From Harriotta raleighana (lineage: Eukaryota): a stretch of DNA of 64,000 nucleotides. Made by a program: the position numbers and the translations under genes. Under the pieces are notes generated by a model, which saw only the letters and a program-made list of their open reading frames with translations, was not told the DNA's origin and made no database searches. Location of the stretch: contig JBNZDD010013678.1 in NCBI GenBank assembly GCA_050575255.1, positions 4,684,753 through 4,748,752 on the forward strand. Direction: 5' to 3'. Of this stretch, positions 23,635-36,894 are shown one piece after another. The number at the start of each line of letters is the position of its first letter. Position 1 is the first letter of the stretch.

Positions 23635-23755
23635 CTAAAGAAAGTAAATTGTACATTATTTGCAAAGGGAGCAATCAACGACATATGTGGTACTGTATTT
23701 ATTAAATACAATTGCACAGAATACAGTTTATAATTAATGTAATACTTATTACTGT

Positions 23756-24079
23756 AATAATAATAATAATCCTTGCATTTGATATAGCCCTTTTCACAAT
23801 TTATCGACATCCCAAAGCGCTTCACAGAATAATCTGTAAAGTGAATTGACTGTATATTTGTGGGCGGAACGCAGCAGCCAATTGCGCACAGCAGCGTCCC
23901 ACAAACAGTCATGGATTCAAATAACCAATTTTATTATTGTGTTTTTTTTGAGGGATTATTATTAGGCATGTGGAGTCAGGAAACTTGCCCAAGGTTTCGC
24001 CCTGATCTGCCTGGATTCGAACACAGGCCTCATGCTTGTAAGGCTTGCAAGGCGAGTGCTCTAACCACTGAGCCACAGG
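23756..24079 (-). mobile_element. tRNA-derived SINE, same family
   Basis: GTGGCTCAGTGGTTAGAGC A box, GTTCGAATCC B box, (ATT)n tail. Confidence 0.85.
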
Positions 24080-24253
24080 AGCTCCTTGCATAATGTTCCT
24101 TGCATTTGATATTGCACCTTATATCATGTCGCTGAGACGTCTCAAAGCACTTCACAGAATATACTGTAAAGCAGATTCACTGTGTATTTTGCGGGGGAAA
24201 TGTGGCAACCAGTTGTGCACAACAATCCATTCAATAGAAAATTATATTTATAT

Positions 24254-24560
24254 TTGAAGGAGGCAATGGAGGGAGCGAAGCGAAGGGAATGTGGGATGGA
24301 GTTCCAGAGTGTGGGGGCAGCAAGGCCAAGGAGGGTTCAGAACGTGAGGAACGAGACGTTTGAACTCGACCGTATGAGAGATGGGAAGACAGTGGAGCCG
24401 GGCGAGGGTGGGTGTGATGGAGTCATGGAGCCCGGTGCAAGAGAGGACACAAGATGCAGAGTTCTGGATGATCTGCAGCTTGAGGAAGGAAGAGTTGGAA
24501 AGGCTGACAAGCAGGGCATTGGCATAGTCGAGCCTAGTTGTTATGAAGATATGTATGAGG
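24254..24560 (-). mobile_element. LINE (L2-like) 3' ORF2 fragment
   Basis: Minus frame LQIIQNSASCVL..SITPTLARLHCLPI..EFK resembles the L2 post-RT C-terminal motif. Confidence 0.7.
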
Positions 24561-24787
24561 GATGTCCCAACAACAATATCCCAAAAGCAATCATGGAGTG
24601 AGTGACTAATTTAAACGGGGGGATTTTGGGGTAAAACACTGGGAGAAACCCCCTTCTCTTTTCAACTAGTGCCACAAGATCTTTAACATCCACCTGAACA
24701 GGCAGGTGGAACCTCGGTTTAATGTCTCATCCAATGCTAACTTAAAGCAGCAGATGCACACTGTGTAAATAAATGCTGAAATCTTAC

Positions 24788-25048
24788 GGTTGATTGTCAA
24801 TGTAGCAGAGACTTTATCATTTCCACAGATGAAGGTGTATTCTGCAGAATCCTGGTGACTGGTATTCATAATAACCAGCTGGTGTAATTTTCCTTGCACG
24901 ACAACTTTGAACTTGTCACTCATTTCAATTTCCACACCATTCTTCAACCAGGTGGCTGGGACGTTGAAATGTGAGACTTCACACTGGAAGGTGGCAGCTT
25001 TTGTCTCTGGGATTTCAATATTCTTCATGGTCTTGGTGATGTGGACAG
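24788..25048 (-). CDS. TTN: Titin exon 37 equivalent (Ig)
   Basis: 261 nt; HITKTMKNIEIPETKAATFQCEVSHFNVP. Confidence 0.95.
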
Positions 25049-25087
25049 CTTAATAAATTTGGGGAAAAGGGAAAGAAGATTTTATTA

Positions 25088-25300
25088 TGAACATAAGAAC
25101 ATAAGAATTAGGAGCAGGAGTAGGCCATTCAGCCTCCCGAGCCTGCCCCGCCATTCAATAAGATCATGGCTGATCTTCTGACCTAACTCTAATTACCTGG
25201 CCTATCCCCATATCCCCTAATCACTCTATATTAAAAGAAATCTATCAGTCTCAGCCTTGAAACTGTTCAAGGACTGAGCATCCACAACCTTCTGGGGTAG
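25088..25300 (-). mobile_element. CR1-type LINE 3' end (shark HER1-like); related pieces near 26320-26430, 47990-48225, 55838-55930
   Basis: Minus strand gatcagccatgatcttattgaatggcggggcaggctcg..gaatggcctactcctgctcct followed by (tcttatgt)n tail. Confidence 0.7.
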
Positions 25301-25545
25301 TGATTTTATTTTATTTAAATTAGAATTAGATTTTATTAAATGCTTCCAAATGGATAATATTAATAATACTAATAAATAATCCTTGCATTTGATACAATGC
25401 CTTTTCGCGTCATCGAGATGCCTCTAAGCACTTCACAGAATTTACTGTACAGTGAAGTGACTGTGTACTTTTCAGCTCAAATAAATTGTAAATACAACAT
25501 GTAGAGCGAGATATTTAGGATTATACATCAACAGGAAATACTTAC

Positions 25546-25806
25546 ATTCTACGTAAAGTTTCGCTTTGCAGTCAAGCTGTCCGACAACGGCTGAATACTC
25601 GCCAGCATCTACAGGAGTCACATTCTCCAGCACTAACTTGTGAACTTTCCTTTCGGAAATAACTTTGCAGCGGTCGTTTGGCTTGAGTTCTATGTTTTTG
25701 AACATCCATTTCACAGGGATATTATCGTGCGACAGATTAAGTTCAAAAGTAGCAGTGCCATTTTCCATGGCAGTCACATCCTTTGGTTTCTTCACTATCT
25801 TGATAG
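25546..25806 (-). CDS. TTN: Titin exon 36 equivalent (Ig)
   Basis: 261 nt; IKIVKKPKDVTAMENGTATFE. Confidence 0.95.
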
Positions 25807-26461
25807 CTATTGTCCAGAAAAACAAAATTAGTTTAAATGCTTCCTACTCCAATGCAATGCATGCAATAAAGATTACGTTTTTATTTGCAACTCTGCAATT
25901 TAATATATCTATGGTTATATTATTCAACTTTTAGTTAACGCCTGTGAAAACAATCAATGAATTAAAATGTGATTGTTATATATTTCCCTAATTAATCCAT
26001 GGTGCTGTTAAATTAAAAGTTATAGCGAATGTTCAAGGTATTTTTATGATAGTTCCACAGATTTATAGATCGATGTATAACATTTTGTTTTAGCCTCATT
26101 TAACACAAGTAATTCATGAATTCAGCAAGTATAACAAATCTCATGAAAACCTCCATAGAGCGAGCAAGAACACTATCAAGTGACATGTTTAATTCTTTTT
26201 TTCCCAATTGTGCACTGTGGCATACTCTTCATTATAGTCTTGCAATCTTTACAATAAATTATATCCTGAAAAATGTAATCTGACATGTTGCAAACAATCA
26301 AATATACAAATAGAAACAGAGAAATAGGAGGAGGACATTCAGCCCCTTGAGCCTGTTCAGCTATTCTACAAGATCATGGTTGATCTGTACCTCAAATCCA
26401 ATTACCCATCCTTACCCCATATCCCTTACCACCCTGCTTAAAAAATAGTACTGTTACTTAC

Positions 26462-26725
26462 TTTCAACGTGAAGCCTGGCATTGGCTGACAATCTGCCGA
26501 GTTTGAAGTTGTACACAGATTCATCTGTCATTACACACTTCTTAATTTTGAGTGTATGAACAAATCCTTGCACCGTAATCTCATATTTGTCACTAGATTT
26601 AAGTTCTTCCCCATTTTTGATCCACTGGGCTCCGGACACATCTGGATGTGTAAGTTCCAAGATAAAATCTGCCTCTTGGGTTTCGGTAACTGTCTGATTC
26701 TTCAAAGTTTTCTTTATCTTGACAG
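26462..26725 (-). CDS. TTN: Titin exon 35 equivalent (Ig)
   Basis: 264 nt; AVKIKKTLKNQTVTETQEA. Confidence 0.95.
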
Positions 26726-28232
26726 CTGCACAAAACACATCAACAACAATACAATTGGTTTGACGCAAGCAGTTGTAATATATAATGCCTGTTTAGGCCA
26801 TTGTTTAAAGATGTTGGAAGGCAAAGTCTCATTTACAAAACATAAATTGGGTTTGAAAATTCTTGGTCAATATAGAATATGTCAGCATGGTTTCATCAAT
26901 GGCCTGGTGGGTCGATACCAACCAGGAAAATCCCAGTTTGATCTCTTATCTTTGGCTAAGTCAGTGTGTCTCAACCTTACAGTGGTTGGAACACTACAAT
27001 CTGCCTTAACACGCCAGGATAGTTGGAGGAAAGTTTAGCCAAGGATTACACACGTCAGGTGATGGCAGGGTTGGGATCTGTGTTAGATCAAGGAATCTAC
27101 TGGTTCCTCAGCACAGATTGACGACTTGGGTGGGGAAACTGCAGATACATTGCCACTTGTAGGGCACACTCCTCAATGACTCACCGATTCTTATTATAAC
27201 AACAATAATAATCTTTGACTTTATCAAGTCAGAAGGATGCCTCAAAGCGCTTCACAGGATATACTGTAAAGTGGAATGACTGTGTTTTGTGGGCGAAATC
27301 AGCTGCTAATTGCACACAGCAATATCCCACAAACAGCCATGGAGAGACTGACCAATTTTATTGAGGGGATTGTTGGCCTGACATAGGGAGAGAGGAAAAC
27401 TCCCTTCTCATTTCAAAGCATACCACAGGATGTTTAATGTGCCCCTCATCAGACAGATGGGACATTGGTTTTAACGTCTCATCCAAAGGACTTTAGATGA
27501 TCAAGAAAAATGAGAGAACTAAAGGTATTAAAAAACAGCAGCGTGAAATGTATCAAGTGTATTCAAAACCATGCAACCAGAATAAGTCCTTAATCTTATT
27601 TCAGCTATAAATCTGCAGTGTAATGGTACTTTAAACATGGTAATGACATTTTATGGTCCCAATAGACTGATTCATGTTGCTAATCACTCCAGACACTTCA
27701 ATTGTGATGGCAGTATTTAGGAAGGAAATAGTCCAATGAATTTAAACCCTCATCAACATCAAGGGAATTCAATCAAGTCTGAGGAAAGTGACACACTTGA
27801 TATAATGATGAATATTTAAAGCATGTTCTCTGCTTGTAATTATCATTTAAAAGTAGTCAAAGCATTTCTAGAAAAAGTTTACTTCCATAACTCACAAATG
27901 GAGCACTTTGTGAGTGCAATTATTATTTCACTAAATATATCAACATTTTGTATTTCAATTTGCAGCTTGAATTATCAATGAAAAAAACAGCAGGAATGTT
28001 TGAAATGACATCTCCATTTCTCAACCAAGTGTCCACACATAAATGTATCTCCTTTATTCTTTTAACTGTTTGTGGAACACTGCCGAGCGCAATTTGCTGC
28101 CACGATTCACCCATAAATATACAGTCAATTCACATTACAGTACATTCTGTGAAGCTTTTTGAGACTCTGGAAGACGTGAAAAGTGCTGTATCAAATGCAA
28201 GGATTATTATTATTTTTTTTATTAATACTGAC

Positions 28233-28493
28233 CTTCAACCTTCAGTTGAGCAAATGTCTTAGAGGTTGCAATTTGGTATGAATATTCAGCTGTATCTTCA
28301 GTCTTGGTGATCTCAAATACGAGACGCCTCCTAACTCCAACATCTTCTTTTCGGATTATGTTAGTGAAGTTTATTTGCTTGCCATCCTTCAGCCATATTC
28401 CCTCAGCGTATTCATTGGCAACTTGACATTCAAAGATTGCTTGCTGTGATTCAGCCACAGTTTGATCTGTGAGAGGCTTGCTGATAGCACCAC
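28233..28493 (-). CDS. TTN: Titin exon 34 equivalent (Ig)
   Basis: 261 nt; GGAISKPLTDQTVAESQQAIFECQVAN. Confidence 0.95.
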
Positions 28494-28675
28494 CTGCAGG
28501 AGTACATAAATAGCGGAATGAAGCAAAATATCTTCCTGGATAGAATGAATGATTAATAATACTGTGCAACAAGGAACCTTGTTAATACAAATTCTAAGTT
28601 TTTCTCTAACTTTAACTCAGGCTTCATTGTAAGTGTTTGACTTGTAAACTTCCACTTGGAGAAATCGCTTCCTAC

Positions 28676-28936
28676 CTGAGACTGTCAGGTTTGCGTTCGA
28701 GGTCTTATCGCCAGCAGAAAATGTGTATTCTCCCTCCTCGTCTTTCATGACGTTGAGCAGGATCAACTTGTAGATTTTGCCGTGCGTTTCTATCTTGCAT
28801 TTGGGACCTGGTTTGAGTTCTTGGCTTCGGAACATCCACGCCACGTCAATCCCCGTGTGAGACAACTCAGCCTCAAATGTTACGTTCTGCGTCTCTGTGC
28901 AGGTCATGTTCTTGAGTCCTCGAATAATTTGGATTC
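28676..28936 (-). CDS. TTN: Titin exon 33 equivalent (Ig)
   Basis: 261 nt; IQIIRGLKNMTCTETQNVTFE. Confidence 0.95.
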
Positions 28937-29303
28937 CTATTTAGACAGAAAGGGTAGACATTCAGAAAACAATAACTTGCACTTTGTATAGCGTAGGATA
29001 GCGTCCCAGAGAGCTTGACAGTGACGGAGCACAATGCCAAGCTGGTGGGAGTGGGAGGGGGGAGGAATAGGGAGGTGACAATAGGTACGGTCGGCTAGGA
29101 AGATCGTCAGGCGCGATCTGAAGATGGGGAAGGAAGGGGCAAGGTGGAGGTTTGCAACAAAATTTTAATAAAAAATAAATCAATAAAGCAAATCCCTCAA
29201 CCAATTTCATACATTTTAGTGCCTTAGGACGTCCTCCCGATGTGAAAGGCACTATACAAATGTAATTTTGTTGCTGCTGTGATATACAAACGGGGGCACT
29301 TAC

Positions 29304-29567
29304 GTTCAACAGTGAGATTGCAGCTAGTTTCAGTTTTGCCAATGACAAGCTTGTAGTTTCCTTCATCAGAAGCAAATGCCCTGTTAATCGCCAGCCGCTG
29401 CTTAGCTCCTTTGGCCACACTCTGCAACCGGTCGTTAAACTGAATCTGTTCTTCGTTGAAGAACCACTTGACGGACATAATATGTGCGACTGAGACTTTG
29501 CATTCTAAAACTGCCTTTGTCCCTTCAACAATGTGAAGATCTTTAAGGGGGATTACAATATCGACGC
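29304..29567 (-). CDS. TTN: Titin exon 32 equivalent (Ig)
   Basis: 264 nt; VDIVIPLKD..EGTKAVLECKVSV. Confidence 0.95.
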
Positions 29568-29872
29568 CTGAACAGAGCAACAAAAAAAGTAAATTGTTAA
29601 TATTCGTACATACGATATGAATTGAGAATCGTATAAAAGTATTTAATTTACACACAAACACAGACATACAAACACACATGTGATGACCAAAAAGTCATGA
29701 TACAATTACAATGTTTAATAAGTTTTAAACAGATATATATGACCAAAAGTTGTGATAACTACCCTATTATCTAGAATACAATTCTCATTTGTTTAAGATT
29801 TCTTAGTTATTTGTTTTTAGTTATTTCTTATTTGTTTAAGATTTACTGTATTACTTGTATTGTATATATGTA

Positions 29873-30260
29873 CTGTAAAAGCTCGTTTATCCGGCACCCA
29901 ACCAATCGGAATACTCAACCCCAACCGGTATCTCCCAATACGATTCACCATTCCAGCAAACGGATCTCATACTGGAGCCATCCGGGACACTCTTGAGTAA
30001 GCTCACTTTGTGCATGTGCACTTATTAAATTTAACGAGCGCTGGGATTTTTATTTTATCGATCATTTTACCGAATGTGCTGGAATGCTTTATTGGTAAGT
30101 ATCCATACAATATTATTTAGTCTATTATTAATATTGTATGTTTTAAAATAAGTTTTTTTTTGTGTAGGATTTTCAGCAACTTGTCACTCGAATATCCAGC
30201 ATATTTGATTAACCGGCACCGGTCAGGTCCCGAGAGTGCCGGATAAACGAGCTTTTACTG
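29873..30260. mobile_element. Non-autonomous Tc1/mariner (Tigger/pogo-like) MITE
   Basis: TIRs ctgtaaaagctcgtttatccggcac / gtgccggataaacgagcttttactg; TA on the left flank; no ORF. Confidence 0.8.
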
Positions 30261-30287
30261 TGTATAGATAAATAAATAAATACTTAC

Positions 30288-30560
30288 GCTGCACACTTAA
30301 ACGTGCAGATGTTGAGAGGTCAAAATCAGTGATGTGAAATGAATAGGTGCCAGCATCATCTTTCACGGCATCCTCGATGAACAGCAAATGTGAAGCTTTG
30401 TCAATCACAATGTGAAGGCGCTCATTCGCTTGCAGTTCACAGCCATCCTTCATCCAGACACCTTCAACGTTCTCTTGAGAGAATTTCGCTTCAAATTGGG
30501 CAATATCTCCCTCACAAATCGTTTGGTCTGCAAGACCGTGGAGGATTGTCACCGCAATTG
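30288..30560 (-). CDS. TTN: Titin exon 31 equivalent (Ig)
   Basis: 273 nt; ILHGLADQTICEGDIAQFE. Confidence 0.95.
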
Positions 30561-30792
30561 CTACAAAATGAGAAAAATGGATTTAAGTCAATAACCCAGC
30601 TGGGATCCAAAAAGCCCTGACTTTCCAGCGTCCTGGGACATCTTTCCAACATGAAGCTCACTATACGGGTATAATTTGTTGTTGCAGTTGTTGTAACCCC
30701 CAGTAATTTTTCTAAATCTAGATTCCTTAAATTCACAGAGAGCTTTAATTTTGTATGGCACAATTTTGGTGTCAGTTAAACTCTGTGCATCT

Positions 30793-31053
30793 AATAATAA
30801 TAATAAAATTCCTTGCATTTGATCTAACAGTTTTCGCGTCTTCTAGACACCTCAAAGCCCTTCACAGAATATACAGTAAAGTGAATTGACTGTATATTTG
30901 TGGGCAAAACGCGGCAGTCAATTGCGCACAGCAGTGTCCCACAAACAGTTGTAGATTGAAATGACCAATTTTATCCAAAGTTTTTTTTGGAGGGATTATT
31001 ATTAGGCGTGTGGAGTAAGGTAAACTTGCACAAGTTTTCGCCCTGACCTGCCT
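30793..31053 (-). mobile_element. tRNA-SINE family copy, 5'-truncated
   Basis: Colinear with other copies, head missing. Confidence 0.8.
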
Positions 31054-31133
31054 GAAATGCATTGCAGAAAATGCTCGAGTCAGTTCATGTTTCTCTCGGT
31101 GACTTCCTTACGGGCACAGAACAGTTCACTTAC

Positions 31134-31400
31134 CTTTCATTTTCAGAGTGCAACTTGTTCTTTCGCCATTGATGACAAAGCTGTATAAACCTTGATCTTC
31201 CTTCACAACATCCTTGACAGTAAGAAGGTGACGGCCACGACGGGAAGTCATGTAGTACTTGCCGCTGCTGTGGATCTCAACATCACCTTTGTACCATTTG
31301 CCTTCTGCATCTTCGCGTGAGAAGACACATTCTAAATCACCCGAGAAGGATTCTGAAACTTCTAAGTCTGTAAGCTCAGTGATGAACTTGTGAACAGTCG
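31134..31400 (-). CDS. TTN: Titin exon 30 equivalent (Ig)
   Basis: 267 nt; ATVHKFITELTDLEVSESFSGDLEC..EGKWYKGDVE..SRRGRHLLTVKDVVKEDQG; not in ORF track. Confidence 0.93.
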
Positions 31401-31799
31401 CTGCATGAACACAAAGGGGTTGTGATTAAGCAACTATAATACGACACCAGTTTTCAAACATTGCTCAACAATTCTTATCTCCAATAAGCTAGGAAAATGA
31501 TTATCAAGGGTTTCATTGGGAGCAAAGAACAGGTAGAATGCTCCATCTACTTTCCTGTAATATATCATTACTCACTCCGTAGTAAATTAAAATGAACTTA
31601 GGTCAAAATGTTCGAAAATGCACTATTTGCAAATAATAAATATACAACTTGCCACTCAGCACAATGAGGAAAAAAATAAGTTCTCAGTGTTTTTTTAAAC
31701 AAAATAATTGTAACGAAATGTTATGAGGTTTGATCATTGTTTGTCAATTCAGGGTGACTAGATTTATTGCTTTATTCTTGACAATTTTCTTGTGCTTAC

Positions 31800-32081
31800 C
31801 TTCAACGGTCATTTTAGCTGTGGATTGTACAGAATTATCTTCCACGAGAGCACAGGTGTATTCTCCAGCATCACTCAGTTCAATACCCAATACAGATAGG
31901 AAATGAATTCGTCGGTCCGAATGTGTTCGATATTTGTCATTCTTAGCGATGTGCACACCATTCTTAAACCATTCCACCTTGTAGAATGGTTCACACAATT
32001 CACACTCAAACGCTGCCATTGTAGCGTTCTCTTTTGCATGGATGTCGTGCAGCTCCTGAGTAAATGTAATTATTTGCTTGG
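31800..32081 (-). CDS. TTN: Titin exon 29 equivalent (Ig)
   Basis: 282 nt; AKQIITFTQELHDIHAKE. Confidence 0.95.
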
Positions 32082-32515
32082 CTGTAAAAAAAAATAAACT
32101 GTCATCATTGGGCAAGAAAACAAAAACAATTGTGTGTTTAGTCTTGCCTTGCGCAGAGCATCATGAAATATTTATATCAACCTGTCTGCTCACTCTGCTC
32201 AGTGGGATCCGGCCTCCTCCAAGTTCTCTGCCCGGCATTTGAGCATTCAGTCTCTCTGCCCCCACCCTTAGGAACTCCATCCCACATTCCCTTCACCTCA
32301 CTCCCTTGTCTCCAGCAAAGCATGTTTCAAGAAACTCCTGTTCAACCGCACCTATCTTTCACCCTCCTTGCCCTCCATCCCACCCTCTCTGATCTCAACC
32401 CAACCCCCCTCAGCCGAACCACTGCTCGGGTCCAAATCCCTGACTGCCCAGCGCCTTGGGACATTTTCTCGATATGAAAGGCGCTACACAAATGCAATTT
32501 AGTATTGTATTATAC

Positions 32516-34209
32516 CTTGAACGAGCAGGAAAGCATGGCTTGAGATTTCTCCAGCCACATTGATGGCTTTCACCATGATGCTGGCCGAATCGTCGGATAC
32601 AACATCTCGGATCACAAGTTCACAGACATTGTCTTCAGGCCAGTACCAGTAGACCCGTTCGGACTTTTCTATCTTGACACCATTCTTAAACCACTGGCAT
32701 TCAGGATCCGGCCTACCCACCACTCTGACACGGAAATGAGCTTCATCTCCTTGAGCGACTGTCTGACTCTGAATACGCTCGAAGATCTTGGGGGCTTCCA
32801 TGCTTGGCGATAACTGAATTCTGTCTGGTTTGAAAGTTGGGATAGTCAAAGTGCCTTCGGGAGGCAGTGGTTTCTTTTCCTCCTCGGGCACCTCTTTGGT
32901 CCAGTGAAGAAGTTCGTCCTTACGTTTCCTTAACATATCTTCATAGGCCTCATCCTTTCTACGTAACTTGAGCTCAACTGCTGTAATAGCTTCATAATAA
33001 CCCTCTTCCTTTCTACGCTTGAACTTGCTGCGTAGTTCCTCAGTTTCCTCTGTGTGTTTCTCGTGATATATCCGTTCGGCCTTTTTGAGCATCACGATTT
33101 CTTTGCTCTTTGCATCGGCTTGTTTCTCTACCTTCACCACTTCGAAGAATGGCTTGTTTATATCTGAGAGTCCCATTTCGGTTTTGTGTTCTGGGGCTCG
33201 ACGGAGGATGGACCTGAAATCTTCTCTTTGTGTCACTTCCAGCTTAACGATATGTTCGACGACCCCCTTGGGATTCTCAGCGGTTATCTTGACATCGCCT
33301 GCATCGTACGATTTGCAGTCGACAATTTCCAAGTAGTAGATGCCGTCGTAGCGGATTCTGAACCGTTTGCTCTTGCGAATGAGCTGGCCGTTGAGGTACC
33401 AGTTGACTTTGGGATATGGGTACCCCGTGACGCGGCAACGGTAACGAGCGGTTTCCATTTCCAAAACCCTCGCTGGTTCCGGGAACAAAACGATTTCAGG
33501 CACTGTTTGTTCTTTTCCAAGGTCTTCGGACACACCGGCATGGGCACCTTCATGAGCGATTCTTTCAAGTTCTTCGATCCGCTGCATTCCCCTTCTGCCC
33601 TCGGGCAACTGAGACTCTTCCACAAGGCTCTTCTCGTCTTTCACAATAAGCGTGGCTGACGTCTGATCGACACCATACTTGTTGGTCGCCCTGCAGGTGA
33701 TGATGCCGCTGTCCCTGGGATAAGCCACCTCATAGTCAAGGCTGCAATAGCCAAATTCGTTGATCATGCGAAGCCTGTTGGCCGCGGCAAGGGGTTTGCT
33801 GTCGTGCAACCACTCCACCATCATGGTCGGGTCACCAATTGGCGTGAGTCGGCATTCGAAGTGGGCTGGAGCAAAATACTTGAGTCGAACCGAAGTGGTC
33901 TTCTTCTTGAAATGGGGCTTCTGCTGTTTCTCCTTATCGTACAAGTCACCCTCTTCCCACTGCTCTTGTCCGTAGCGGAGGTGGAGGGGCTCGAGCTCAG
34001 GAGCGGATATCTCTTTGGCTTTGTATGTGCCCTTGGGAATGATTAGTCTGCGTTCTGGCTCAGGTTCAGAAAACTCAAGTTCGACGTTGAGTTTACACCT
34101 GGTTGTGTCTCGACCTGCTTTATTGATGGCGGTAGCAGTATACCAGGCAGCATCAAAACTAGCTACGGACTGTATTTTAAGAGCAGCTTCTCCCTTGGCG
34201 CCTTCAATT
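32516..34209 (-). CDS. TTN: Titin exon 28 equivalent (end of Z-disk Ig region and first I-band Ig)
   Basis: 1694 nt; [64 protein letters not shown]. Confidence 0.97.
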
Positions 34210-34311
34210 CTGAAAGTGCAAGAAGGTGAGAGTTAAAAAACACAGCACACGACATTTGCCCATGATTCCTTTATCACCAGCAACAGTTTTCCTTTGCAGG
34301 AGGACACTTAC

Positions 34312-34480
34312 TTAATGTTTGGGTACTTGTGAGGTGCAATGATCTCACTATTTTTGAGCCACACAATATCAGGGTTCGGATTTCCGGCTGCTTTGACTGA
34401 CATTGCAACAGGTGTCCCCTCTTTAACACTGACGTTTTTCAATTTCTCCACGAACTGTGGTTTCACTAAATGTTCCTTAG
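34312..34480 (-). CDS. TTN: Titin exon 27 equivalent
   Basis: 169 nt; AKEHLVKPQFVEKLKNVSVKEG..GNPNPDIVWLKNSEIIAPHKYPNI. Confidence 0.95.
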
Positions 34481-34614
34481 CTGCAAAGAAAAGAAAATCA
34501 AGTTATTGTTAAAATAAAAAGCTGCAAACGGATCTAAAATGTACCTATTTCAAAGTACACACCAGAATACATTCGTACCAAGTCTGCACAGGACGCAAAT
34601 CACCGCTGTCTTAC

Positions 34615-34779
34615 CTTCTACGCTGAGTGTCATGGAAACTGAGGTCTTGCCACCTCTGTTCTGAGCAATGACAATCCATTCGCCAGAATCACTTGGCAGA
34701 GCGGGCACAATGATCAGGGATTGAATCCCGTCCTCCTTCACCACAATTTTGTGAGTGTAATCATTGACAATTTGAACGC
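34615..34779 (-). CDS. TTN: Titin exon 26 equivalent
   Basis: 165 nt; QIVNDYTHKIVVKEDGIQSLIIVPA. Confidence 0.95.
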
Positions 34780-34942
34780 CTGCGATAAGAAAAAAGTTCT
34801 CAAATTATACACCTCCGTTTAGTCTCAGATTAGGAAGTGATCCCCAAAGTTACTTCTATACAATTAGATTCTTCAAGTACCCCCCGGCGTGAAATTTGCG
34901 ATACAAATATAATTTAGTTGTTGTTGTTTTAAATGTTCTTAC

Positions 34943-35139
34943 CATTGTGAAACCATAATGTCTCCGGCATGGGTCTGCCAACAACCTTGAGGTCAAATCT
35001 AGCTGTCTGTCCCTCGCAACATTTGAAAGACGTGGGTTTCAGGACAAACACGGGTTTGTATAGTCTCTCCAGCTGAGACTCGTCTGTGTCTTCCAGCCTT
35101 CGTCCAGGTGAACGGCTTGGCGATCGTGGAGACACAGAG
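34943..35139 (-). CDS. TTN: Titin exon 25 equivalent (SPxR motifs + Ig start)
   Basis: 197 nt; SVSPRSPSRSPGRRLEDTDESQLERLYKPVFVLKP. Confidence 0.95.
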
Positions 35140-35263
35140 CTAAAGAGCAGAGAACAACATTTAAAGGAATCACTTATACTGAGAGATCACTCACAAATTA
35201 GACATTTTCTAAACATCAAAACAAAAGCGAACCCGGGGATTGAAGATATCAAGCAGAGCATAC

Positions 35264-35505
35264 CGGATTCTCTTCATTACTTCAGTGGTTGGTAGGTAAG
35301 CACGGCCTGGAGTTCCAACAGGTTCTATGAAGAGTTTTCCTGAACAGATAGCATTGCCTTTGATGTTGCTGGCAAATACAGTGTAGATCCCCTCATCCTC
35401 AGGCACGGCTGCAGCAATATGGAGACTGGCCTTGCCATCCTCGGTAATCTCCATGTGGTAATGGTTTCCTTGTCTGAGACGCCGTCCATCTTTAAACCAT
35501 GCGAT
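35264..35505 (-). CDS. TTN: Titin exon 24 equivalent
   Basis: 242 nt; IAWFKDG..PEDEGIYTVFASNIKGNAICSGKL. Confidence 0.95.
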
Positions 35506-35966
35506 CTGCATAAAGGGCAATGGTTTAATTTCATGATCAAATTACTACAGAAACAAATCAAAATATACACTCAGTTCTCGCTTAACGTTGCAGCTGCCTT
35601 CGTGAAAAGAGTGACTTGAAGCGAAACAACGTTAAGCGAACCCACTGGACGATCGGCTGCTATATATGCTCACGCTGCCCAAAGTAATTTGTTTCCACCT
35701 GCACGTACAATGTAATCGACAATGTTACAACGTTAAACGAATATATATCCCACTATGTATCAGCAACAACAACAACTTTGATTTATTTAGTGCCCTCCAC
35801 GCCGGACGGCGTCTCAGAGCGCTCAGCGACATAATAACAAAACAATATTGACCGAAGCAATGTTAAGCAAGGTCTACCTGTACTTCTATATCAATTACTG
35901 TATCCAAGCACCAACATTTAAATGTCATCTTATTAACTCCACTTGTTTTAGGGTATAACTACTTAC

Positions 35967-36197
35967 CTTGGGCAACGGGTAACCAGAGAGCTTGCAGTGA
36001 AACATAGCCACCCTGCCCTCGAGAATTCTGTAGCTTTTCACTGTTGAGTCAAATCCAGGTTCAATGGATTCATCTTCAGAAAAATCCATGGACATTACTT
36101 CTCCATCTTCCTCAAGAAGTTCCTCCAGAGTAATCTTAATGATTCGAAATTCAATTTCTTTAATAAGTCTTTCTTCAAATGCAGAAATGTGATATTC
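35967..36197 (-). CDS. TTN: Titin exon 23 equivalent
   Basis: 231 nt; EYHISAFEERLIKEIEFRIIKITLEELLEEDGE..FHCKLSGYPLPK. Confidence 0.95.
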
Positions 36198-36697
36198 CTG
36201 GAGAAAGCAAAGAAATCTATTTTAGATGATAAACTTTTTGAAACTTTGTTAAGCAGCCAAAAAGTCAAACAGAAGGAACGAGACAGCATACATCTAAATA
36301 AATGCTTTCAACTGAAGTCGGAGCCTGAAAAATTAAGCATGTTGCAAAATTATCATCAGAAAATCTACTTTAAAATTATGTCTCTTAAACAAACTGTTCA
36401 TTGGTTGAGGCCATTCGAAAGACACACAAATCTCTGTGTTTTTTTGTGAGAAGGCTGTTTGCAAATGGCTGCCACCTTCACCTACAAAATGCAGTCAATT
36501 CTGTGAATTGTGAAGCGTGAATTAAAACAATAATTTCTGTGAAGCGCTTGGAGAAACCACAAAGACATGATAAGGTACTGTATCAAATGCAATTTAGTTT
36601 AAGAGCAATCCAAATAAGCAAGCCAATCTGACATATATAGTATTGGTATTCAGCAGATTTCTCTGATTGTAGGAATTCAATTTAAAATGAGCCACAC

Positions 36698-36894
36698 CTG
36701 CTCTTCAGTTATGGATTTCATCATAACGGAACTTTTTCCCATTTTCTTTCTGATTAGTATTTGTTCTTTATCATATTCAGTCATCGAAATGACTGGCGCT
36801 ACTTCTGCAACTTTGGGTTGTTGTACATATTGTGTAGATATTTCTGTTCGATATGTTACTTCCTGGTGCTGCTTCATGTAAGCTTCGTACTCAT
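36698..36894 (-). CDS. TTN: Titin exon 22 equivalent
   Basis: 197 nt; EYEAYMKQHQE..EYDKEQILIRKKM. Confidence 0.93.

Noticed and set aside
35568-35883. Possible degenerate Tigger-like MITE (gcttaacgttgc .. gcaatgttaagc)
   Set aside because: The termini are too divergent to fix boundaries.
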